64,000 nucleotides of DNA from Thiotrichales bacterium (lineage in GTDB: Bacteria > Pseudomonadota > Gammaproteobacteria > Francisellales > CACEW01): NCBI GenBank assembly GCA_947478525.1, contig CANJVU010000003.1, positions 55,562-119,561 of the forward strand, given 5' to 3'. How positions within the stretch are numbered: the first letter of the stretch is position 1; each line of letters starts with the position of its first letter. A program made the translations under genes and the position numbers. Under the pieces are notes generated by a model. That model was given only the letters and a program-made list of their open reading frames with translations. It was not told the DNA's origin and did not search any database. This document shows positions 41,693-51,229 of the stretch, piece after piece.

Positions 41693-42790
41693 GTGATTCA
41701 GCCGGTTATTTTGTCTGGCGGTTCTGGTAGTCGATTGTGGCCACTGTCACGAGAAGAGCACCCCAAGCATTTGATTCCGTTGTTGGATCAGCAGACTTTG
41801 TTGCAAAAAACGTTGTTACGCTTGCAGGGGCTTTCTGATTTGCTGTCGCCGCTGGTGGTATGCAATGAACGGCAGCGCTTTATGGTGGCGCAACAGCTAC
41901 AAGATATTTCAGTTGATGCGCAAGCAATCGTCTTGGAACCAGTGGGGCGTAATACTGCGCCTGCGGTGGCGTTGGCTGCGATCAAGGCCATGGAGCAAGG
42001 CCAAGATCCTTTGTTGTTGGTATTGGCAGCAGATCATATGATCCAACAAGCCGATCTATTTCGAGAAACGGTAATGGATGCTGTTGCGTATGCCACCGCT
42101 GATCACTTGGTGACTTTTGGTGTGGTGCCCTTAAAGCCGCACACTGGTTATGGCTATATTCATCGCGGTAGTAGGATAGGGGCGCATGCCTATCAGGTGG
42201 CGCAGTTTGTCGAAAAACCCAGTCTGCCAACAGCGCAACAATATCTGCGGAGTGGTCATTATTATTGGAACAGCGGGATGTTTTTATTTAAAGCTTCTGT
42301 TTATCTCAAAGCACTGCAACACCATGCCCCGGAGATTTTAATGGCCTGTCAGTTAACCATGAAACATCAACAGCAAGATAGCGATTTTACGCGTATTGAT
42401 GCCGAGGCGTTTAAGCACTGTCCGGATATTTCGATTGATTATGCAGTAATGGAAAAAGCATCCAATGTCGCAGTATTACCCCTAGATGCCGGCTGGAGTG
42501 ATGTGGGTTCCTGGGAAAGTTTGTGGGAAGTATGCTTGCAAGATGCCCAAAACAACGTGGTGCAAGGAGATGTGTTGAGCGAAGGTGTCAGTAACAGTTA
42601 TCTGCGCGCAGAAAGTCGGCTACTGACGGTATTGGGCTTAAAAGAGGTGGTGGTGATTGAAACGCCAGATGCGGTGCTGGTGGCCGATATGAAGTACAGC
42701 CAGGCTGTGAAGAATGTGGTACAAATGTTGAAAAAAGCCAATCGCATTGAGCACATTCGTCATTTGGAAAGTGAGAAAAAACATGGCTAA
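41693..42790 (+). CDS. manC: mannose-1-phosphate guanylyltransferase (nucleotidyltransferase domain only, no PMI cupin domain)
   Basis: ILSGGSGSRLWPLSR, GYGYI and FVEKP motifs. GTG start. 365 aa, against roughly 470-480 aa for the bifunctional enzymes. Confidence 0.85.
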   Translation: MIQPVILSGGSGSRLWPLSREEHPKHLIPLLDQQTLLQKTLLRLQGLSDLLSPLVVCNERQRFMVAQQLQDISVDAQAIVLEPVGRNTAPAVALAAIKAMEQGQDPLLLVLAADHMIQQADLFRETVMDAVAYATADHLVTFGVVPLKPHTGYGYIHRGSRIGAHAYQVAQFVEKPSLPTAQQYLRSGHYYWNSGMFLFKASVYLKALQHHAPEILMACQLTMKHQQQDSDFTRIDAEAFKHCPDISIDYAVMEKASNVAVLPLDAGWSDVGSWESLWEVCLQDAQNNVVQGDVLSEGVSNSYLRAESRLLTVLGLKEVVVIETPDAVLVADMKYSQAVKNVVQMLKKANRIEHIRHLESEKKHG

Positions 42791-43760
42791 TATTTTGGTG
42801 ATTGGTGGTGCTGGCTATATCGGTTCACATATGGTTTTACTGCTGCAGTCTGCGGGATATCGAGTGGTGGTGCTGGATGATTTTTCCAGTGGCCATGATC
42901 ATGCAGACATCACCGTTGAAACCGTTCGGGGTAATTTGGGTGATGTGGCATTGCTCGATCGTTTATTCAAGCAATATCAGTTTGAGGCGGTCATGCATTT
43001 TGCTGCATTTATCCAAGTGGGTGAATCCGTACAAGAACCGGCGAAATATTATCACAACAACGTTTGCAATACTTTGGTGTTGCTCGATAAACTGCGCCAA
43101 TATCAGATTAATAAATTTATTTTTTCGTCAACAGCGGCCATTTTTGGCGAACCGCAGGGTGTGCCCATTGATGAAAATCACCCGAAAAATCCGCTGAATC
43201 CCTATGGTCGTACCAAATGGATGGTAGAGCAAATTTTGCAAGATTATGATGTTGCCTATGGCTTAAAGTCGGTTTGTTTACGTTATTTTAATGCCTGTGG
43301 AGCTGATCCATCCGGTCGTACGGGGGAGTGTCATGAACCAGAAACGCATTTGATTCCCCTGGTTTTACAAGCAGCATCCGGCAAGCGTGACAGCATTAAA
43401 GTGTTTGGGCGGGATTATGCAACGCCAGATGGAACCTGTCTGCGCGATTATGTTCACGTTACTGATTTGTGTCAGGCGCATTTGCTGGCGCTTGAGGTTT
43501 TGTTGAAAGGGGGCGCCAGTGCGCAATATAACTTGGGTAATGGCCAGGGGTTTTCGGTTCAACAAATCATTGAAGTGGCTCGACAAGTGACGCAGAAAGA
43601 GATTAAAGTAGTCGATGCACCACGTCGTGCGGGTGACCCTGCATGCTTAATTGCAGATAGCGCAAAGATTAAAAAGGAATTGGGCTGGAAACCCCAATAT
43701 TCAGATTTGGCGCTGATTATTGAACATGCGTGGCGGTGGGAGTTCACAGATTCTTGTTAA
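42783..43760 (+). CDS. galE: UDP-glucose 4-epimerase
   Basis: ILVIGGAGYIGSH, NPYGRTKWMVE and RDYVHVTDL motifs. The ATG at 42783 overlaps the manC stop (ATGGCTAA). Confidence 0.9.
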   Translation: MANILVIGGAGYIGSHMVLLLQSAGYRVVVLDDFSSGHDHADITVETVRGNLGDVALLDRLFKQYQFEAVMHFAAFIQVGESVQEPAKYYHNNVCNTLVLLDKLRQYQINKFIFSSTAAIFGEPQGVPIDENHPKNPLNPYGRTKWMVEQILQDYDVAYGLKSVCLRYFNACGADPSGRTGECHEPETHLIPLVLQAASGKRDSIKVFGRDYATPDGTCLRDYVHVTDLCQAHLLALEVLLKGGASAQYNLGNGQGFSVQQIIEVARQVTQKEIKVVDAPRRAGDPACLIADSAKIKKELGWKPQYSDLALIIEHAWRWEFTDSC

Positions 43761-43789
43761 ATGAATGGCTAGGGGCTAACATTATTGAT

Positions 43790-44938
43790 ATGAATAGGTG
43801 TGTTCACTTTGAGCGTTGTTCGGGCTGTTCCCTTGATTTAAGAAAAGAAAGCTATGATGAAAATAGTCTTTTTTTTGCGCAGGCATTCGCTTTTTTCAAA
43901 GCGTGTGGAATGGAAGATTTTAAGATTCATAGCGGGGCATTTATCGGCTTTCGAACACGAGCAAAATTAGCCATTCGAGGTGACGTCGGGCGTATTCAAA
44001 TTGGAATGTTTGAAGGGCGCTCACATCAGATTTTAGAAATTCCGTACTGCCAAGTTCAGCATCCTCGGATTAATCAAGCCGTATCCATTTTGCAAAGCTG
44101 GCTCAATGAGCAGGGTTTTTCGGCTTATCAGGAAACCACCGGGCAAGGGCTTTTTCGTTATGTTCAACTGACCATTTCTGAACAAGAAAAAATTCAGCTG
44201 GCGTTGGCCCTGAATTGCGAAGATCCGATTGAAGCAAAACTTGGCTTAGCGCTGCAGAGGTTTTGGGCTCAGCATGAAAATTTATTCCATTCTATTTGGT
44301 TGAATTTTAATGTTCGACGAGATAACGTTATTTTTGGGGAAGCGTGGACTTTATTTTCTGGCGAAACCTGGATGTGGCAAACATTTCTTAGCCGAGCGGT
44401 TGCTTTTCATCCGGCGAGTTTTATGCAAGCGAATCCTGCCATGTTTGAACAACTCTTGCAACGTTTGCAGGGTTTTATTCCAGAGGAGTCTATTATTGCG
44501 GAGTTCTATGCAGGGGGCGGTACCATTGGCTTAACGCTGTTAGATAGGGCTAAGCGGATTGATTTTAATGAAATTGACTCCGTGGCACATGCTTGTTTCC
44601 AGGCTTCCTGTTCAATATTACCGGAAGACAGTCGGAGTAAGCTTTCTTTTGTGGTAGGGAAAGCAGGGTCTTCTGATATTTTGAATCAACATGACGTTGA
44701 GCTTGTGATTGTGGATCCGCCCCGCAAAGGGCTTGATAAAAAATTGCTCGATAACATCATCGATGCTGATTCTGTGAAGCAGTTAATCTATATCAGTTGT
44801 GGCTTTGAGAGCTTTAAGCGAGATGCGAATCACCTGTTAAAAGCAGGGTTCTCTTTGAAATCTGCGGAAGCATTTTTATTTTTCCCGGGTACAGATCATT
44901 TGGAGATCTTAGCGGTGTTTGGGCGGAATGCGCCTTAA
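43790..44938 (+). CDS. RNA (uracil-5-)-methyltransferase, RlmC/RlmD/TrmA family
   Basis: N-terminal Cys cluster (CVHFERCSGCS ... C), FMQANP, VIVDPPRKGL and YISCGF (catalytic Cys) motifs. Start set at ATG 43790. Confidence 0.75.
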   Translation: MNRCVHFERCSGCSLDLRKESYDENSLFFAQAFAFFKACGMEDFKIHSGAFIGFRTRAKLAIRGDVGRIQIGMFEGRSHQILEIPYCQVQHPRINQAVSILQSWLNEQGFSAYQETTGQGLFRYVQLTISEQEKIQLALALNCEDPIEAKLGLALQRFWAQHENLFHSIWLNFNVRRDNVIFGEAWTLFSGETWMWQTFLSRAVAFHPASFMQANPAMFEQLLQRLQGFIPEESIIAEFYAGGGTIGLTLLDRAKRIDFNEIDSVAHACFQASCSILPEDSRSKLSFVVGKAGSSDILNQHDVELVIVDPPRKGLDKKLLDNIIDADSVKQLIYISCGFESFKRDANHLLKAGFSLKSAEAFLFFPGTDHLEILAVFGRNAP

Positions 44939-44943
44939 TCCAG

Positions 44944-46008
44944 TTAAAGGTTATTTCTGGAAAGCGCCCAGTCCACATGCTCCCTAACCAATTCTGACGC
45001 ATCATTTGCTCTGTTTTGTAAGGCCTGAATAACCCCTGGTGTTTTCGGTGCATTGCCCAACGCCACGGCGATATTGCGGAGCCAGCGCTCATAACCAATT
45101 CGGCGAATCGGTGAGCCTTCGGTTTTTTGCAAAAACTCAGCTTCGGTCCAAGTAAACAAATCCACCAGATCTGGTGCGCTTAAGCCGCGGGTGCTTTGAA
45201 AGGCAATTTCACTGCTGGCTTTGGCAAATTTATTCCAGGGGCATACCAATTGGCAATCGTCACAGCCGTAAATGCGATTACCCATCATTCGGCGAAATTC
45301 CTCAGGGATACTGCCTTTTAGTTCGATGGTTAAGTATGAAATACAGCGCTTAGCATCCAGCTGGTATGGGCCAATAATGGCTTGAGTGGGGCAGATGTCG
45401 ATGCAGGCAGTGCAGGTGCCGCAGTGGCTTTTGGCCATGGGTTCGTCGATGGGTAAATCTAAATCGATATACAATACGCCAAGAAAAAACCAGGAGCCGG
45501 CTTTGGGGTTAATCAAGTTGGTATGCTTGCCTTGCCAACCCAAGCCTGCTTTTACTGCCAATGGTTTTTCCAATACGGGAGCACTGTCGGCAAAAGCCCG
45601 TGAAATCACCGGGTGACCGACGTGTTCTGTGATCTTATCCGCTAACTGGCTTAAACGTTTGCGAATCAACTTATGGTAGTCTTTATTCTGTGCATAGCGG
45701 GAAATATTGGCTTTTAAGGGTTTATTTAAGACGGCGTCAAAGTCAGGGTCTTCGGGCAAATAATCCATGCGTACCACAATGGCACGCTGTGCGGTGGGTA
45801 GTAATTGTTGTGGATTGAGTCGTTGTGGTAAATGCCGTTCGATAAAGTGCATCTCACCGTGATAACCTTTGTTTAGCCACTCTTTTAGCGGAGGTTCAAC
45901 GTGAGATAATGACAAATCGGTAATGCCCACTTGTTGAAAACCTAAATCGACACTCCAGCGTTTGATATGCTCGGTTAATGTTGGAAAAGTCGAGTTGGGA
46001 GTTTGCAT
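44944..46008 (-). CDS. queG: tRNA epoxyqueuosine(34) reductase
   Basis: Two 4Fe-4S motifs, CGTCTACIDICP and CDDCQLVCPWNKF. 354 aa. Confidence 0.9.
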   Translation of the reverse strand: MQTPNSTFPTLTEHIKRWSVDLGFQQVGITDLSLSHVEPPLKEWLNKGYHGEMHFIERHLPQRLNPQQLLPTAQRAIVVRMDYLPEDPDFDAVLNKPLKANISRYAQNKDYHKLIRKRLSQLADKITEHVGHPVISRAFADSAPVLEKPLAVKAGLGWQGKHTNLINPKAGSWFFLGVLYIDLDLPIDEPMAKSHCGTCTACIDICPTQAIIGPYQLDAKRCISYLTIELKGSIPEEFRRMMGNRIYGCDDCQLVCPWNKFAKASSEIAFQSTRGLSAPDLVDLFTWTEAEFLQKTEGSPIRRIGYERWLRNIAVALGNAPKTPGVIQALQNRANDASELVREHVDWALSRNNL

Positions 46009-46011
46009 TAT

Positions 46012-46782
46012 TTAAAGCCAGTATTGTTTAATCAATAGGATCAGCATAATGCTCACCATCACCATAAACACGGGTCGAATTAATTTGATGCCTTTGCTCA
46101 TCACCAGATGCGCACCGACATAAGCGCCACACATTTGCCCGGCCGCCATACAAAAACCAATCGTGTAAAATACCTTGCCTGCGGCAATAAACCAGATCAA
46201 CGCGACCAGATTGCTGATGAAGTTATATAACTTGGCGTGGATGGTGGCTTTTTGCATATTAAAGCCCAAGAAAAACATCAGCGCCACCACCCAAAAAGAA
46301 CCCGTGCCAGGGCCCAAAAAGCCATCGTAAAAACCCAGTAATAAACCACACCCCATCAAAAAAGCAAGGGGTTTGAGGCGTGGGTGTGTGTCCTGTGACG
46401 AGACGCGTGGTGAAAAAATCGAATAGAGTAGTACCGCAAACAATAGAATGGGTAAGGCTTTGCGTAACCAATTATCATTTACCCATAATACTAAACAAGT
46501 CCCTGCACTGGCACCGATGGTGCAGAAGAGAATGCCAACCCAACAGTGGCGAATATTCAAATGCCCTTTACGCCAAAACCGCCAGGTTGCCATTGCCACA
46601 CCGCAAGTGGCCTGGAACTTGTTGGTGCCCAGCGCCAGGCTTGGGGGAAGCCCCGCGGCTAGGATAGCAGGAAGCGCAATCAAGCCACCACCGCCCGCAA
46701 TGGTGTCGACCAGCCCAGCGCAAAAGGCCGCGAGGGTGAGTAAAGCGAGAATCCATTCTGAAAGATGAGGTAACAGCATCAT
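46012..46782 (-). CDS. TauE/SafE (DUF81) family membrane transporter
   Basis: About 8 TM segments with Gly-rich GGGGL and LGPGTGSF motifs. Start set at the ATGATG at 46782-46777. The ORF-track N-terminal extension is not membrane-like. Confidence 0.8.
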   Translation of the reverse strand: MMLLPHLSEWILALLTLAAFCAGLVDTIAGGGGLIALPAILAAGLPPSLALGTNKFQATCGVAMATWRFWRKGHLNIRHCWVGILFCTIGASAGTCLVLWVNDNWLRKALPILLFAVLLYSIFSPRVSSQDTHPRLKPLAFLMGCGLLLGFYDGFLGPGTGSFWVVALMFFLGFNMQKATIHAKLYNFISNLVALIWFIAAGKVFYTIGFCMAAGQMCGAYVGAHLVMSKGIKLIRPVFMVMVSIMLILLIKQYWL

Positions 46783-46880
46783 GTAACAACGACAAGGGTG
46801 ACTGGAATAAATTCTAGCACCAATTGATCCTTTTGGGCTATAATCATCGCATCGTTTGTACAGCAATAAGGATAGTTCGT

Positions 46881-49547
46881 ATGTTACAGCAAGATATCGA
46901 TCCCATTGAAACCCAAGAATGGTTGGCTTCACTCGAATCATTGGTGAATGCCGACGGCAATGGTCGGGCACAGTTTATTTTACAAAAACTACAAGAAAAA
47001 GCCTCCAGTTTGGGCGTTCAAGCAGCGATGGGAGGGGCTCTCCACACCGCATACATGAACACCATTCCCACGGCCAATCAGCCTCAATATCCGGGCGATT
47101 TGGAGCTGGAGCGCAAATTAGAAGCGCTGATTCGCTGGAACGCTGCGGTGACCGTCGCAGGCGCTAACCATGTAGACTCCAGTTTGGGAGGGCATATCGG
47201 AACATTTGCATCCAGCTGTACGTTATACCAAGTCGGCATGAACCACTTCTTTCACGCAGCCACCAAGGATCATGGTGGGGATTTGATTTTATTCCAAGGT
47301 CATGCGTCACCAGGGGTATATTCCCGTGCATTTTTGGAAGGGCGTTTGACGGAAGAGCAGATGGTTCACTTCCGCACCGAAAGCAAAGGCAAAGGATTGT
47401 CCTCTTATCCACATCCCTGGCTGATGCCAGAGTTTTGGCAGTTCCCAACGGTGTCGATGGGCTTGGGGCCTTTGATGGCCATCTATCAAGCGCGCTTTAT
47501 GAAATATTTAGAATATCGTGGCTTGGCCAAAACCAGTAACCGTAAAGTCTGGGCATTCTGTGGTGATGGCGAAATGGATGAACCTGAATCCATGGGTGCT
47601 ATTACCCGTGCGGGCCGTGAGAAATTGGATAACCTGATTTTTGTGATCAACTGTAACCTCCAGCGCTTAGACGGTCTGGTTAATGGTAACGGCAAAATCA
47701 TCCAAGAATTTGAAGGCAGCTTTAAAGGTGCCGGTTGGAATGTGATTAAAGTCGTCTGGGGTTCGGATTGGGAGCCTTTATTTGCCAAAGATACCGAAGG
47801 TCTATTGCAGCAAGCGTTAATGGATGCGTGTGATGGCGATTTCCAAAATTATCGCTCCAATGGCGGCGCCTATATGCGTGAACATTTCTTTGGTAAAAAT
47901 CCAAAGTTGGCTGCATTGGTTGCTGATTTGAGCGATGATCAACTTCATGCTTTACTGCGCGGGGGCCACGATCCTGTGAAAGTATATGCGGCCTATAAAG
48001 CAGCGGTAGAGTACAAAGGTCAACCCACGGTGATCTTGACCAAAACGGTCAAAGGTTATGGAATGGGTCATGCGGGGGATTCACGTAATATCGCGCACAA
48101 TCAGAAAAAATTAAAGACAGAAGAGCTGAAGTTCTTCCGTGATTTTTTCAACATTCCCGCCAGCGAAGCGGATATTGAAAACTATCGTCGTTTGAAACCA
48201 AAAGACACAGCGCCTGAAATGAAATATATGCACGATCGTCGTAAGGCATTGGGCGGTTATTTGCCAGTCCGTACGGTCAACAATACGGCTATGACTATCC
48301 CGAGCTATCAAGAGTTTGCCAAACGGTTGTTGGAAGGTACTTCAGCCGATCGTGAAATGTCGACCACGATGGCTTTTGTCCAAATTTTAACGGTGTTGGC
48401 GAAAGACCCCAATATCGGTAAGTTCATTGTGCCGATTTCACCAGATGAATCGCGCACTTTTGGGATGGAAGGCCTGTTCCGTCAACTGGGAATTTATAAC
48501 CCTGCTGGGCAAAAATATGAGCCAGAAGATCGCCAACAAGTGATGTGGTACAAAGAAGCCACCGATGGCCAAATCTTGCAAGAAGGCATCAACGAAGGCG
48601 GGGCGATGTGTTCCTGGATGGCCGCGGCAACGTCCTACAGTGTGCACCATTTGCCCATGATCCCATTCTACATTTATTATTCGATGTTCGGCGTACAACG
48701 CGAAGGCGATTTGTTCTGGTTGGCCGGTGACATGCGCGCCCGCGGCTTTTTGCTGGGTGCCACGGCAGGCCGTACGTCATTGAATGGCGAAGGCTTGCAA
48801 CATGAAGATGGTCATAGCCATGTCATGACCGGGTTGATGCCGACCTGTATCAGTTATGATCCCACTTACGCGTATGAAGTTGCCGTGATCATTTGGCATG
48901 GGTTAAATGAAATGTATGCGAAACATAAAGACGTATATTATTACATCACTATGATGACGGATAGTTATCAACATTTACCCATGCCAAAAGGCTGTGAGCA
49001 AGGGATTATCAAAGGCTTATATTTGTTAGCGCCGGCGAAAAAGCCTGGCAAAAAACATGTACAATTAGTTGGCAGTGGCGCCATTTTGAAAGAAGTCGAA
49101 GCGGCGGTTGAGTTATTGGCCAAAGACTTTGACGTTACTGCTGATGTGTGGAGCATGACCAGCGCCAATGAGTTATATCGTGAAGCAATGGACATCAAGC
49201 GTACCAATCGTTTAAACCCTGAGAAAAAACCAGGTGTGGCTTATGTGACACAATGTTTTGATAGCCGTCCAGGGCCGGTGATTGTATCCAGCGATTACGT
49301 CAAATTGCTCGGCGAACAGTTGCGCGATTTTGTACCTCGTCGTTTTGAAGTATTGGGAACGGATGGCTATGGTCGTAGCGATAGCCGTCCGGCGTTGCGT
49401 TCACACTTTGAGGTAGATCGTTACCACGTGGCTATCACGGCGCTCTCTGCGTTGTCAGACGAGGGTCTTGTGACTAAAAAAGTGGTGGCCGATGCCATCA
49501 AAAAATATAAAATCGATACCAAAAAAATCAACCCCCTATACGCTTAA
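46881..49547 (+). CDS. aceE: pyruvate dehydrogenase E1 component
   Basis: 888 aa from MLQQDIDPIETQEWL. ThDP motif GDGEMDEPES...NCNLQRLDG. Confidence 0.95.
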   Translation: MLQQDIDPIETQEWLASLESLVNADGNGRAQFILQKLQEKASSLGVQAAMGGALHTAYMNTIPTANQPQYPGDLELERKLEALIRWNAAVTVAGANHVDSSLGGHIGTFASSCTLYQVGMNHFFHAATKDHGGDLILFQGHASPGVYSRAFLEGRLTEEQMVHFRTESKGKGLSSYPHPWLMPEFWQFPTVSMGLGPLMAIYQARFMKYLEYRGLAKTSNRKVWAFCGDGEMDEPESMGAITRAGREKLDNLIFVINCNLQRLDGLVNGNGKIIQEFEGSFKGAGWNVIKVVWGSDWEPLFAKDTEGLLQQALMDACDGDFQNYRSNGGAYMREHFFGKNPKLAALVADLSDDQLHALLRGGHDPVKVYAAYKAAVEYKGQPTVILTKTVKGYGMGHAGDSRNIAHNQKKLKTEELKFFRDFFNIPASEADIENYRRLKPKDTAPEMKYMHDRRKALGGYLPVRTVNNTAMTIPSYQEFAKRLLEGTSADREMSTTMAFVQILTVLAKDPNIGKFIVPISPDESRTFGMEGLFRQLGIYNPAGQKYEPEDRQQVMWYKEATDGQILQEGINEGGAMCSWMAAATSYSVHHLPMIPFYIYYSMFGVQREGDLFWLAGDMRARGFLLGATAGRTSLNGEGLQHEDGHSHVMTGLMPTCISYDPTYAYEVAVIIWHGLNEMYAKHKDVYYYITMMTDSYQHLPMPKGCEQGIIKGLYLLAPAKKPGKKHVQLVGSGAILKEVEAAVELLAKDFDVTADVWSMTSANELYREAMDIKRTNRLNPEKKPGVAYVTQCFDSRPGPVIVSSDYVKLLGEQLRDFVPRRFEVLGTDGYGRSDSRPALRSHFEVDRYHVAITALSALSDEGLVTKKVVADAIKKYKIDTKKINPLYA

Positions 49548-49565
49548 GGTTGGAGAGGAATAGTT

Positions 49566-51143
49566 ATGTCATTACAAGAAGTGCGCGTTCCAGACATTGG
49601 CGAATACAGCAATGTCAGCATTATTGAAATTATGGTTAAGCCAGGCCAAACCATTGCCAAAGAAGCGTCCTTGTTGACGCTTGAAACCGACAAAGCGACG
49701 ATGGAAATTCCCGCACCATTTGCCGGTGTGGTGAAAGAAGTGCTGGTGAAGTTGGGCGACAAAGTGTCGAAAGGCAGTTTGATTTTGAAAATTGAATCAG
49801 AAGCTGCAAGTGCTGCGCCAAAAAAAGAAGTTCCAAAAAATGAAACTGCAAAAACGGCACCCGTGGATGCTGGCAACGTAAAAGAAATCATTGTTCCGGA
49901 TATTGGTGAGTACAGCAACGTTACCATCATTGAAGTCATGATGAAACCCGGTCAGTCCATTGCCAAAGAAGCTTCACTCATCACGCTCGAAACCGATAAA
50001 GCCACCATGGAAATTCCGGCGCCGTTTGCTGGATCCATTGATCAGGTATTGGTAAAAGTGGGGGATAAAGTGTCGAAAGGGTCGAAGATTGCGACGGTTC
50101 AGACTGCCGGATCAAACCCCTCATCCGCTGCTGCGCAGCACCTTCTCCCACAAGGGGAGAAGGGAGTCTCTGCGTCCTTCACCTCTCCCCTTGTGGGAGA
50201 GGTCGAGAAACCGCAGGTTTCGAGGGAGAGGGGTGATTCAATCGCTCACGCCACGCCCGCCATCCGCCGTTTTGCACGCGAATTAGGCGTTGAATTGTCT
50301 GTGGTGTCTGCCTCCGGGCGCAAAGGCCGTATTACCGAAGAGGATGTCAAAAAATTTGTGAAAGGCGTCATGCAGAGCGGTGCAGCGGCAACTGTTGCTT
50401 TGGGCGCTGGACTTGATTTATTGCCAGACCCCGTTGTTGATTTTGCTAAGTTTGGGGACATCGAAACCAAACCGTTATCTCGTATCAAAAAAATCAGTGG
50501 CGCCAATTTGTCTCGCAACTGGGTGCGCATTCCGCATGTTACCTTCTTTGAAGATGCCGATATCACCGATTTAGAAGATTTCCGTGGCACTAAAAAAGCG
50601 GAAGCCGAAAAAGTGGGTGTCAAATTAACGCCGGTGCCATTTATTGTAAAAGCGGTGGCGAAAGCACTTAAAGCCTTCCCTAATGTTAACTCATCATTGC
50701 AAGGGGATAATCAGGTCTTTAAAAAATACATCAATGTCGGTGTGGCGGTTGATACGCCAAATGGTTTAATGGTACCCGTGATTAAAAATGCCGATCAAAA
50801 AGGCATTTATGAAATCGCCAAAGAATTGGCCGGTTTTGCCGCAAAAGCCAAAGACGGTAAATTGACTTCTGCTGATATGCAAGGGGGCTGCTTTACCATT
50901 TCAAGCCTTGGAGGCATTGGTACGCAATATTTCACTCCGATCGTGAATATGCCTGAAGTGGCCATTTTAGGAATCTCTAAGGCCCAAACCAAACCGGTCT
51001 ATGAACAAGGTGCGTTTGTGCCACGCTTGATGTTACCCTTGTCCTTGTCGGTGGATCACCGGGTAATTGATGGCGCGGAAGCCGGTAAGTTTGTAGTGAC
51101 GGTAGCCAAGTATCTGGGTGAATTACGTGAGTTATTGCTGTAA
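49566..51143 (+). CDS. aceF: dihydrolipoamide acetyltransferase (PDH E2) with two lipoyl domains
   Basis: Two LETDKATMEIPAPFAG lipoyl domains, subunit-binding domain ATPAIRRFARELGV and catalytic DHRVIDGAEA. Confidence 0.95.
   Translation: MSLQEVRVPDIGEYSNVSIIEIMVKPGQTIAKEASLLTLETDKATMEIPAPFAGVVKEVLVKLGDKVSKGSLILKIESEAASAAPKKEVPKNETAKTAPVDAGNVKEIIVPDIGEYSNVTIIEVMMKPGQSIAKEASLITLETDKATMEIPAPFAGSIDQVLVKVGDKVSKGSKIATVQTAGSNPSSAAAQHLLPQGEKGVSASFTSPLVGEVEKPQVSRERGDSIAHATPAIRRFARELGVELSVVSASGRKGRITEEDVKKFVKGVMQSGAAATVALGAGLDLLPDPVVDFAKFGDIETKPLSRIKKISGANLSRNWVRIPHVTFFEDADITDLEDFRGTKKAEAEKVGVKLTPVPFIVKAVAKALKAFPNVNSSLQGDNQVFKKYINVGVAVDTPNGLMVPVIKNADQKGIYEIAKELAGFAAKAKDGKLTSADMQGGCFTISSLGGIGTQYFTPIVNMPEVAILGISKAQTKPVYEQGAFVPRLMLPLSLSVDHRVIDGAEAGKFVVTVAKYLGELRELLL
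50136..50235. repeat. GC-rich palindromic REP-like element lying in frame inside the aceF linker
   Basis: A 17-nt perfect inverted repeat, tctcccacaaggggaga (50044-50060) and tctccccttgtgggaga (50184-50200). Each copy also folds into its own 9-bp hairpin. A third hairpin is gaaacc-gca-ggtttc (50206-50220). The feature coordinates bracket the GC-rich core; the first arm starts at 50041. Confidence 0.6.
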
Positions 51144-51229
51144 TGGCTAAGAGAGACATTGACCGATTTAGCTAGAAGTAAATACAGAATTTATGTATAA
51201 TTTGTTATCATTCATCAGGAGTCAATCGT

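Noticed and set aside
49566-50090. Tandem ~290-bp duplication at the start of aceF
   Set aside because: It corresponds to the two lipoyl domains normal for E2 proteins and is a domain duplication, not a repeat element. The antisense 131-aa ORF 49544-49939 is a shadow of it.
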